Translations under genes and position numbers: made by a program
Assembly: GCA_977030845.1 (NCBI GenBank)
Contig: OZ365112.1
Location: forward strand, 17,236,001 to 17,300,000
DNA length: 64,000 bases
DNA from: Fimbriosthenelais zetlandica
Lineage: Eukaryota
Reading direction: 5' to 3'
The notes under the pieces: generated by a model
What the model saw: the letters and a program-made list of their open reading frames with translations, nothing else
What the model was told of the DNA's origin: nothing
Database searches by the model: none
Shown: in pieces, positions 1 through 12,300 of the stretch
How positions within the stretch are numbered: position 1 is the stretch's first letter
Layout of the letters: each line of letters opens with the position of its first letter

Positions 1-274
1 GCTAACCTGCCGGTACCACTGTGATTGGGCATCTCAGGAGAACATGCACAGTGGAAGATGGAAAATCCTCTGGTTTCTGTTGGAGGAAACATTATTTACA
101 CACTGTCCCCTAATCCTCATGAGATATGGGACTGGGTATATATAAACTGGCACACAATGATTTTCTTATTGCACAATGGGGATGCCAAATGAACCGGAGC
201 TTACCCAGTCACCACCTTGCGTGACAAATACCATTGCAATTATTCACCTTATTAAAGAAAGTTTTAAAACTCAC

Positions 275-352
275 CCATTTTTCATACATTTCCTCTGTCA
301 GATGCCCTGCACCTTCAGCCCGATAGAAAATGTGGCAGACAGACTGCAATCT
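275..352 (-). CDS. UTP6: UTP6 exon 16 (78 nt)
   Basis: cttctatttccag|RLQSVCHIFYRAEGAGHLTEEMYEKW|gtgagt; phase 0-0; aligns to recalled RLERTMTVFRKAHELKLLSECQYKQL. Confidence 0.85.
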
Positions 353-3300
353 CTGGAAATAGAAGGTTAAATATTGAACATTATAATCTAGTTTTTATTT
401 TAAAAAAAGAAGAAGACTTGACCTTTCGGTTTTTGATAACAAAATGGCCATGTCAGCTGTAGCAATGTTATTGGCATATTTCTTTCAGACATTGGTAGAT
501 AAAAGACATGGGAACGATATGGCATGGGAATTATATGGAAGGGGATGTTGTGGTGGCTGAAGGCAATGCAGGGCCTTGTTTCCTGCTTGGACTGGGGCAT
601 GAATTTAACGACAACGCTCCACTGGGTGGTGTAGTGGTGGTCGTGGCCGTGGTATTTGTAGTGGTGTAGTTTAGATATCTCTGGTAGTTGCAGGGATGAC
701 CTTATTCCCAAACAGGCTTTGGGTCATGAATTATCCCTGGAGAACTGCCTCAAAGATCAGGGTTCTGGTCAAAGCCAGGCCTGCGGGTAACAAATAATAG
801 CCTAGATAAAGTGAGGATATAACCAATCTATGTGACTTGGATGAGAACTGCAATAAACAACTTGGATTATGGATATTATTATATATTTACTTGAATGAGA
901 TCTAAAAAGAGTGATATCGAACAAAACAGAAAATCTGAATTTCTCGGACGTAATTCTAAAATCATGAAATGCAACGGCATTAAAATATAGAAACATTGGG
1001 AAGCTCCATATAATGTATCATCATATCTAACCGAACATTCGAGATGTTTACTAGAATGTATATGTATCGCCTATTCAGCTTTTTAATCACATTTCAATCT
1101 GGATGATGTTATTGCAAATGACAAGAAGATTCAGAGTAATCGAGAACCTAAAACTTTCAACCGAGCACAATAGCTTAGCTTATCAACGATATATCATCTC
1201 AACTTTTCAATCCAACGAAGAAAGCCAATAAAAAAAATACTGTATAGACAGAAGTTGGGAAGTGTAGTTAGGTTTTCCACAAAGCAAGTTCAGTAAAGCT
1301 GACAGTGATACGCCTTTAATATGTGGGATATTCTGTAAGAGATTAAACCAAGGATGGAAGAGCATGATTATCTAGCCCGCAAAGGCAGGGATCAATAAAG
1401 ACATCAATCAATACTGCTTTTCTCTTGCCGATGGCACCTCAAAGAAAATGTTTCTTTCCTTCTGGTGGAGCTTAAATAGAGTCTTTGAGGTGTGGGCTTG
1501 CTGAGGCTCTGATAGGGACAATAGCCCGTCCATGGTGAACGGTCCCACACTAGCCCCATCAGGCCCACTTATTGATATCTCGTTCCATTGAATCAAATCA
1601 TTTCCACTGTAATTATCTGGAATTTCAGCTAGGCCGGTGGGGAACTGCCTCGCAATATATTTTTCGGTGGGTACGATAAATACTTATATGCCCTGGGTGC
1701 CAGAGACTTTTTTCTTCAAAGTATCAGGGAATGAAAATAGAGGTAAATCCACATTCAGGAAGGATATCAAAAGGAAAAAAGTGATGGGTGGGGGGGGGGG
1801 GTATGTTTGTGAGTAGATAGATGGCGGTGGAGGGCTGGATGGTTTATAAGGGAGGAGGGTTTAGTGTCAACTACTGATCCACTTGGTAATTGAGGTCCTC
1901 TCATGGCAGGCGATTCTCCATTGATGGGAGGCACTGTGGATGAGATTCACCTAGGCTGGCTGGCTCATCTTGGATCCCTCATTTCATCCCGACCTCTGTT
2001 TCACCATATTTACTGCCGGACGGTAGATCCCGGGTCTCGTAATTAAGCCCAGCATGATCTCAACCACTCCAGTAACTCCAGCCATGTCATTTCCTCACAG
2101 ACATTCTTTCCGCAGGATGCCTCAAAAGGATAGGGAAATTTCAACAGGGGGAGTAAATGCAACATGGTTATCTGCATGGCTATAGGTGACAGCTCGCATA
2201 CAAATAGCACACTTAGCAGTGATATATATTTGAAGATTATTTTGATTCTTAAATGCTTGTAGTGGTAGACAACAGGAAATAAGGCGCGTCACAAATTCCA
2301 TGTCTGGGCCAGGAGCGGTACTGTTTAACCTGATAACGTCGTACCGGTCCTGTGGATGGGACAAAATATCACTAATTGGCAGTAAATCGACGAGTTTAAA
2401 TTATTCACATTTACCACAGTATCCACTCATTAGCCCCGTGAGATGGGACTCCCAGTTTAATCGACATTTAGGAGAAAAATTAGCTTTTAAATCCCTATAA
2501 TAGAGATGAAAATGAAGGATAAATCTCTCCACTCCTCCTAAACCTTATCAGAAAAGATGAAAGGGTCCAAGTGAGTTGCGAGTATTAAGGGATTGTATTG
2601 GGAAAGTTGATTACGGACCAGCAGACTCCTATAATAGATCAAACACCGAGAAATGATTTCTTTACAAAAGGAAATACACACTCAATTCTAACTCTCCCGG
2701 GTTCATTCTCGGGGAATCGAGGTTTTAACCACGGCATAATGACAGAGGAACCAGAATTCTGGCTAGATGTATGGGAGACTTTCGGAATGCTCCCTAAACA
2801 AGAGAACACTAAGTAGTTAGAAGTTAAAGGCCAGGAGTATTAATCTTAATCACGAGGGTATTCCCTCTTTTCCAGATTTTTAAGTGCACATTAAAGGACC
2901 TTACAGCCCACGGTGGCCTTTTCATTTAAGCCAGGAAGTTGTATTTGCAGGAAATTGCACTGGCTTGATCTATGAGGCAGTAAACAGGCAATTGAACTCT
3001 GTTTATTTTCCAAGCTGTAAGACTTTGAAACTTGTGCTGAGTTTGTTGTCCCTTACAATCAGCAGAAATGCTTAACGGAAAAAAATTTAACTTGCTTTTA
3101 ACCACATAACGTTTGAGAATGACCAATTAAGCCAGTTAATACGAAGTGGAAACACAACAAAGGGATTTTTTTGGTGAACTAATAATGAAAGGGTACAAAT
3201 ATTTAGCCATTTTAAATTGGCTGTTATGCCGAACTCAGTCTTAGAAGAATATATAGAAGAGTAGTTTTGGCTGTAGAATTTGATGAAAAGACTGGGTTTA

Positions 3301-6300
3301 GCGAGGGGCAGTACGTATACCCAGACATAATTAACCCGAGGGCTGCAGACACCAGCAATAGTGGACTTACTAGGGTCCACACATAAGTCACAAGAGGATT
3401 ATCTTTACCCAACAGATATCCATCAACAACACTGCTGTGTCTTTATAAAGTGATTTTAGGAGGAAAATAGGATCACATCTCACAATCTCATTTTCCAATA
3501 TAACCCTTTTCTTACCATAAAATATGTATTCTTTTGGGACCAAGAAAAAAACTCAGTTTGTTTTACTTTAAAGTAATTTCACATGATGAATAGGCTCATA
3601 TTTCTCGAATGAATCGTCACATATAATTATGGTTCAGTATCTATTACAATACATATGTAGGAGGAGCCATTTGACTTACTGATACAGACATATTTTTCTG
3701 GGCGATCACCCAATCATTTCTATAGATAGATGCTCGTTTATACAGTGTCAACTATGGACTTTAAACATGATTAGGACGTTCTCGGGTCACACCCTTTTCC
3801 GCAAGAAAAGTGAATTAGTCTCATCCAACTAATGTCAGAGACATCATTAGAAGAAGCAGATCAAATAAGGAGACGAAGAGGGGACTAGGAGAGCGAAACG
3901 AGGACGCTGGTCCGCGTGGAGGTGGACTGGGATAACACCCATAACACAAGGATATAATGCAGTAATCAGTCTCTTCTCCTAGCCAAATGCACCTGCTATA
4001 TTTCGAGAAGTTACTCTGGCTGCCAAGACGAGGTTGACTCCAGACATCTTGATGGACTAACTTCTGGTAATGGGATGAGATCTCGTTTTATCTCGGGGTA
4101 GCTCGTGAGACTAATTCTGACCATATTAAAATCAGCGAAATCTCTTTAATGATTTCCAGGGAAGAAATTAATACTTTGCCTTATTAGATGACAGACATCA
4201 AACACAAAAAGCTTTTAAGAAAAGTTCAAAGTGCTGGGAGAGGAAAGGCAATCCTGCCAGGAGTAAAATTTGCAATAACAATTAATGGTTTTGGGAGAGA
4301 AGTGTGTAGAAAGCGAGTAGGCCTACCTTTGAATTATACAGAAGGAAAAGAAAAAAGGTAAAGCTATTAGCAGAAAATAAACTGTACATTATGTATCTAA
4401 ACCACAGACAAAAGGGATCAATAGAGAGGAAGCCTGGGGAGAATGACATAAAGAGACCATATAGAAGACATACAAGGCAAGATTAAGCCAATAAAACGTA
4501 AATGTTGCACTATCATTCAAGTCATTTTATCTGTTCGCAACAATACTAATGACTGTCTTCCTGAACACAAATGTTAGACATTTTAGACGTAAAATGCGTA
4601 AGTAGGGGAGAAGGAAGGAGTGATAAGTAATTTAAATGGACAGAGGGAAAATGGAGAGCTCTTGCAGCAGAGGAAGACTGTCCTTTCACCTTTCCTTTCA
4701 ATGAGGTTCCCTTACCTTATTTCACCATATCCTCAGGCTCTCCCCACCACGCCCCCATCTCTCCAATGTGAGGGCCTTAAACCTCAGGCAATTATTGACC
4801 GTTTTTAAAGCCTTCTGTTTCTAGCGCAGATTCTCTGAGCCCTAAAAACTGTCCTATGCCGGGGGGCAGAGAAATCTTCATTTTCTCTTGAGATGTGCTT
4901 TAGCAGGGCTTGAATAGTTGAATCTTTAAGCAAGTCTAATCTCAGAGATGCAGAGAGGGGTGGGGTGGATACAAGGTTTGAAACACCCTGAACAACATGC
5001 TTCAACCCTTATAAAGTCAGAGCCATGCTGGAAATATCATCTTCACCTTGCACAGCGTATGGACATCCTGAACATACAAAAAGAAGATACCTTATACTTG
5101 TATGGGAAGTATATAGCTTCAAGCTTTTGACTGAGAGAAGCACATAAGACCAGAGTATATTGAGAGATCAGTCGTATATTGAGTCGTTTACTATCAGGTC
5201 AGCCATGGCGGCTTAACCTCACCAGATGTATTTGCAGCAATTTCGTTCTCCAGCTTGCAATCATTTTATTGGCTGTAGGAAAATCCGGAGCTGTCGCATT
5301 CCCAGACAGGGGAACAACTTGGCTATATATCAGTATCAGTAGCACCGAGGCTAGTCATTCACAGGGTAACAAGACCCGACAGAATCCAACATAAATTTGT
5401 CACCAAGCAGACATGATTATGCACACTCCAAGGACATATGTATGTATATGGATGTATTAGTCCGGAATAAAGAATTGAATTGAATTGAATTGAATTGAAT
5501 AAGGCCATCAATCTTTCATGTATCTATACGCCCTCAACCTCACATTTAATGAAGTTAAATGTGGGGGAATCAATACAACAGTACTGTATATTGCCAAGGC
5601 CTTGTAAATATGACCGCATACAATATATTATGCTTTATTCCCATGGTGAATAAAATATTGAGAAAATGGTGGCATCCATGACAATGGTTGACACGGGAGA
5701 GTTTTACAAAACTTCAGTAGGGTCAATAAAATGTCGTTAACGGACATCGACACCCCTCAGCTAAAACATGGCTGACACGATGGCACTGTGTGATGGTCCG
5801 AGCGCTGCGCCATTTATTATGTGAGGCAAGATGGGATAATGTGATAAAATATGCTATAAACACAAAGGAGAGAAAGCTGAGCCAGCCATGGGTGCATATT
5901 TATACAGCCAGGCAATGGGGTATATTATAAAGCTACTGACCCTGAAAACAGATCAATTGAGCAATGTTCTGTAGATGACTTACACAAGAATGCACTTCCT
6001 AATAAGAGGGCCTTATTGATAAGTATGTACATTTACAATAGTACATCTATGGTGTCTGACAGGCATGTTCCAGGCTTATGACAACCTGTGGTAAGAGCCT
6101 TGAAGAAGGACATTATGACCAGAAAAGCTCAGTTAAAACTACGATCCGTGTAGGCCTAAACAAGGAAATATTGCAAATTTATTAAATGTGGTCAAATAAT
6201 GTATGTTTTAAAGCAGTGGGAGCAATTATAGCCAATCTCACAACATAGGTACACCTTATTTTGCATGCGTCCAGGTCAGCATAGCATGTACACCTGATAC

Positions 6301-9300
6301 AAACCTGCAATTACTTGCACCACTTAGATGGCAAGGTGGCCATAGACTGCATAGAGACTCTATGTCCGCTAACGAGTACTGGAGGCCCGGCCTGCCTATA
6401 TAGGGCATCTTCACCCATAACCCAGCTCTCCAGGGATGCACATTGGAGAAGTGTACATTACATTTGAGAATCTCACATGCCATTCATTTGAGTGTAATAG
6501 GCATACTGATAGGCCAGAGGATTCTAACGTTATCAAGCCTTTTCAAAATATACTGTAATCTATGTAATATCTGATACTTTTATCTACTCTATATTATGTA
6601 AAAGAAAGAGACCAATATCTCGTCTGAAATGCCTAAAGACAAACTGTATTCCATTGCCTGACAGTTGCATGGTGAAACATCATTTTTTTAAACGCAGACA
6701 ATAAATCAAATGCTCATACTTCAATCTCTTGAATGGAATTCTCAATCTGATCTTAAATAGCAAAGTGATAGATGATTTCATGACAATGTGAGCAGAGCAA
6801 GAATAGCCAGGAGATGAGATGCTTGTATGAGTGGATGATATAGTGGTATCTACGCCCAAAGATGACACAGAAACATCCATACCGAGATGTTTATCACTGA
6901 ACCCACATCTCTGAGGCCATCCATCACACCCTCCCAGCCAACACAAGGTCACAAAACACCAGCATCATTCTAAATCTCCAATGGAATATCTCTCATCATA
7001 AATTTTAAAAATAAATACATCAAACATGTTGACATTTCTTTTATGGGAAATCTATCTTACGTTATATGGAGGTTGTTCACCATGCATGTATAAAAGATAA
7101 TGCACGCCGAGGAGAAAACACTACAGGTATCGGTACTCGATATGTGGTTACCAGACTCTTGTTTGGTGATATCCTTTGCCAACAAACTACTAATATGCCC
7201 CATTATTTTTGTCTTCCAAACCCGTCAACCATTCTTGTCTTCCAAACGCCAACGAAGCCAGCAAATAACTTGGCTGGAGTGGTCTTTCTGAAATGGTAGT
7301 TACTTCTGGTCCCATTTCACTCACTCCCATTCCCGTTAACATCCTTCCACCTCTTAATTTCCCAACCTCTTTTCCATTTGGCAAACACATTATTCAATTC
7401 TGTCCCTGACGACCATGGTCCCTGGGGTGCTGTTCCTTATCCCAAGTCCAAAGCAGCCCCAACAACCCACATCCTTGTTAATACCCAAACGTCTTGACCC
7501 CTGCCAGCATTGATCCGGGCTCTAGCCAGGCTCATCGAGCTTACCCCACCGGGACAGGCATCAGTTGTACTGAAACAGACACTTCTACCTCCCATATATA
7601 CCACAGAATAAGAGCTAAAATTAGGACAATAATCCTGACAGCAGCATAAACTGAATAAAATATTATGATGCCCAGCGGGAGAAGAAATCAGTTCCCCTAT
7701 GTACATCCTATGTACAACAGAATAGAGAACATGATTAGGGCTCAGGGGAATATGGTTTTCTAGTTTTAATAAAAATTGAAACAAATACTCAAAAGAGTAC
7801 TTGAAAGGTTTTTGCCTTTTTCTGGGCAGTCCTAAAGAGGGATGTGTTTAAGTATGACCTTCCGATTTTCCCCCGGGTTTATGTGATTGATAAAAAGAAA
7901 AATGGAAATGCCCCTTTTGTCATGCAAGGACAGGAATTGTTTGTGTTTCGGTTTCAGGTGAGCTGGATTATTTAGTTCGACTGGTCATTTCAAAGCCTTT
8001 TATAGTTACCTTTCTAAAGGATTCAGAAGTCGAAGAATCAAGGAATTCGAGACAGGTCGTCAGATAAAACGTCCACATCAAATCTGAAATAGATACAAAG
8101 ATGATTATATCACATTTCTTTGGTGATCATTGAAGCCCTTTACACATGAAGAAATGAAGATTCTGGAATCCTACATTCAAGAAAGCCCATTGGACTTCCA
8201 AAGTTATCAATCGTGTGACTATCTCAATACAAAATGTCAAACATATAAGCCTGTACGGGCCCTATGAATGCCACTCTAAAGATGTCACATTGTACCAGGG
8301 AATGAGAAAGGAATGTCTATTTCCCCCCACTTGTTGCTGCCCAAGTCACACACGGGGCGGGGTGTTCAAGCATCAATTGTGTTAACAGTGCACCATTAGA
8401 AGAAGCCATCGGCTATCTACCGGCATTGAGTGCCTGCTCCTCCTACCATTTCCCCATCGGCTTGGGGGCGAGCAGCTCTCAATGACAATCTGCTCGCACT
8501 GATTTGCTCTATCAGTGTGGGTAGAGGCCTGCGATACCAGCCCCATTAGCCGGCTACATGTTTAGGATGGCAATGTAGGTCCCCTTGGGCTATCACAAAG
8601 GCCAGAGAAGAAAGGACTGGACTGGTCCAGGCCCAACTGGACCAATCAGCAGTATCCGGGAAGGTGGTGCAATGCAAGGAGGGGACTGCTAGTCAACAGA
8701 TGGAACACGGTTTGAAAGCTGGATGACAAGATGGGCTAGCACCAAACTGCTGACAGCTATTTACTGGTGCAGAGGAAATTGGTCAGGAGCGTCTCACAGT
8801 GGGAGATGGGCTGGTAACTAGGCCTATAATGGTATGTTCCATGGACGGCTACAACTTTCAACAGATGTTCACGACTAAATGCACTTTTAAAATGTCTGCA
8901 AAGTGGAGGTTCTCAAAATCTAACTCAATTTTACTTTCACTTTCCTTTACAATCTTCTCCAATTTACAAAATGTCAAGAAAAACTACATCAAATGTCTAT
9001 ATCAGCTCTAGAAAAGGGAAGAATAAAATGATATATTTATACAAATATATAAAGTATTAAAAGGTCAGGCAACATCCTCGAATAATATCATAACACTGTA
9101 TAGAACATTCAGAAGAACATCCGGCTATCTGATAAATATGTTAAGGAAAGCCTTGCGTGTGTTTAACAGAGCCAACAAATGCACGGGGTGAATGTGGAGA
9201 GCATTTGTGTGGCTTGTATTGAGAGTTGACGTGATGTATGAGGTAGTGTAAATCCACGACCTATCCCTGCCTGTCACAGGTGACGAGTCGATTTGTCACC

Positions 9301-12300
9301 AAACCCAGGTCACATACCCTCCCACCAGGCCCTCCTCCTACAACGCTTCACATACACTCTCAGTGTGACCAATAACCAGGACTTCTGTAAGAGAACATTG
9401 CCTGATGTAGATGAACGGGAAAGCTTTATCCCCTTCAACCATGCATCATTCTGGTCGTCAATAATAAAACATTCTCAGCAGGGTTGTATTTGATGCATAT
9501 TGCTCTGATCTGATGGAGCATGTCACCCATAAGGATCATTCAATCTGGTCTTATTTGATCATCGAATAGAAAGTAACAATTTCGACCTCAAATAGGGCCT
9601 AGAAAGTACCAGAATTTGAAGGAAGTAGGAATCAAGGAAGTATGGATATTTTGACATCAAATAGGATATCAAGTACAGATATTTTAAAGGTAAACAAATG
9701 GCCCTCGTTGAAATGTATGTAAACATAAGTTTGTATCAATTTATTTTCCGCTGGAGAGAATGTCAGTCCGAGATTACAGCAAGCGATAGTATTTTTTATC
9801 GACTGCAGGCCGTGCAATTCTTTCCATCTGAATTTTCAGACGCGCAGTTGTTTATTGAGATGAAGAATCAAAAGGGGATATAGAATGACTGAAAGGTGAT
9901 CCGGGCTCTTTGAATAACAATCCTCAAGACCCACGAAAGAATGGGAGAGCTGACATAAAAGGAAATCTTCAACCAGCGAAACGTGGAAAGATATTTTTAT
10001 TATGGACAAAAGAAAGTGACCTATGTCTGAGTTGACGTTACTCTACAAATAGTAAGGATGACTTTTAATCTATCAAGTCCATCCAGGAAGCACCATGACA
10101 TGATCCCATTCTTACTATGAACGGTTCCCTGACCATAAAGTTATATTGAGATTGTGTACTCAGGCTGTAGTATTTCACTGTGTAATGGAAGCACAACGGT
10201 AAAATAAATACCTTATATATATATCCCCAATATACCCCATAAACCAGAGAGAGAAACAATCCAGGTGATTAAGCAGCCATGAGAAGAACATATAGCTTTT
10301 AAAAACATACAACACTAAAAGTGGTATCACAGAATAATGGGCAAGTGAGTTATCTTAGCATTGCTGAGTGGATGGGGAGCTTTTTATGTAGAATCTATGT
10401 CTGGGTGTGTGATTGAGCAAGGAAGTGCTTCATGAATGACCGAGAAAGTCTGATAAATTGTCCATCGTAGAGAACATCAGACTCCGCCAACCTTTTATCC
10501 TCACTTACATTCCTAAATCTAAGAGATCAAGGCCTTAGAAGGAGAATACAAGCTAGTCAATGAAGTTTACTGCAGGAGGGCATGAGAAGTGTAGCATAAG
10601 AAGGCATAAAATATGTCCGCCCTGTCCGGTAGAGTCTCTTGATCTCTGTTTATGCTACTTTTGATCCAGCAGCAGCTGGGCTGAGGTATAGAGCAGGCCT
10701 GGGTAAAACACACGGAGATCCCAACCAAAGATCCTCCAACAAATCCACGACTCAACTCCCATAAGGGAGCATTATCTGGTTTGGCTTCCATTGGAGGCGG
10801 TGATAAAAGCTGAGACTTGCTGGTGGAGGCGGGCTGTAGGGGAAGCATAAAGACCTGATGTAATGGCCTACAAATATGGTAAAAGTCAGTGGCAGGCACA
10901 TTAAATGTTGAGGGCTTTAATGGAATTGGTCACTGATATCATGATGTGTTTCTACATCCAGCATGACTGGCATTCATTCAGTGTTGTAAAAATCCAATTG
11001 CACAGGGATTTTCCACCACCCATTTTAACTCCGTAGTAATGTGATCACTGCAGGAGAATTAAAGTTGGACACGACAGTATGCCAAATTTAGGTAGTCAGC
11101 CAACTAAAATCATCTGGAATGAACTTGAAACAAAAGTTTAAAGTCTGAATAGCGAGCAGGATTGTACAGTTGAATTCAGAAAATACATAAAGAAAAGGGC
11201 AAGGGCAATAAGGTTATAGGCCGGCCAATCCTTGGATGGATATGGAGTAGTGGTAGTAGATAAAATGGGGGAGTGCATCGGGCAAGCATGGCAAATCATC
11301 CCGAGACTAGCAATGGATCTAGTCACTCACTTAGAACACAGTGATTGGAGTAGTCACGGAATGGACCCGGGACTGGCCCCGGTGTCTTTAAACCTGACAG
11401 CATTCAAAGAGCTTCTCCTCCACCCCAGCTCTCATCCTTGGCCACTTCACATTATACCTGACTTAAAGATATTTCCCAGTGGAGTCAGCAATAGCCTTTC
11501 TCACCCTGCTGGCCTATCCCATGCCAATTTTGCTGGTGTTCAGGGGCGGGTATGGAGTGAGACAGTTACACTCGCCTTATCAAATACGGTATCAAATTTA
11601 TTGGATGGATAGTTATTTTAATTACAAAATGACCAAGTCACCATTGGCATTAAAATTAGGGATGGGAAGTGTATCAAGTTGCTATAGTTGATTAGGTATT
11701 GGTTACTTACTTCTAGGAAAAAAATAAAAGAACCAAAGACTTGCGCAAGTCTAATATTGAGTCCGAAAGCAGCCCCGAAACAAAACGAAACCAGGTTATG
11801 ACCTGGTGACATAGGTCATGACATATCTAAAATTAGACACTCGAAAACTGGGTCATGCAGTGTAGATATGGTTGTAAGACCAGCTCCCAGAAGGGATCCT
11901 TCGTGGCCGAACGGGTTGGACGTCCGGACTGTTGCTTAGAACCTCGGAGTGGCAGGAGTGCTGGGGTTGTGAGGTCGCGTCCGTAGCCTCCAACAGAATT
12001 CAACAGAATCCAGTCCCAGGATATCTGTTCCCCTCTGGCTTGTAGACCCGGAAGAGTAGTCCGGGGGACGCCGGTGCCCGCCTACCGACTGTATGTAGAC
12101 ACGAGACACTCCCAGGTATACAGACGAAAGTCGGGATCCTATTTTATCAAAATTTTGTATTTCCAATGCCATTTTTAGGTAAATCATTAGAGTTCATGAA
12201 TAACATTATAAATACCTTTTTAAACACCTTCTTTATGGAATCTACTTTCAATTTTTGTGCTTGATTTATTGGTCATCTGTCAAATCAGGGCAGGTTCTTC

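Noticed and set aside
7-76. Minus-strand exon-like segment (cctccaacag|...|gttagc) as UTP6 exon 17
   Set aside because: The required phase-0 reading KPEDFPSSTVHVLLRCPITVVPA does not resemble the next helical HAT segment; the real exon probably lies beyond the window
615-672. GTG/ACC-rich stretch giving a Thr-rich mucin-like frame on the minus strand
   Set aside because: Degenerate trinucleotide low-complexity DNA in intron 15; short and closed by a stop
7940-7963. + strand ttcAG|GTGAG (also 9280, 16524, 29648) as recursive splice sites
   Set aside because: No evidence that a + strand transcript spans these positions; the frequency is compatible with chance
11897-11975. tRNA gene
   Set aside because: A-box-like motif only; no GTTCRA B box, T-arm or acceptor stem
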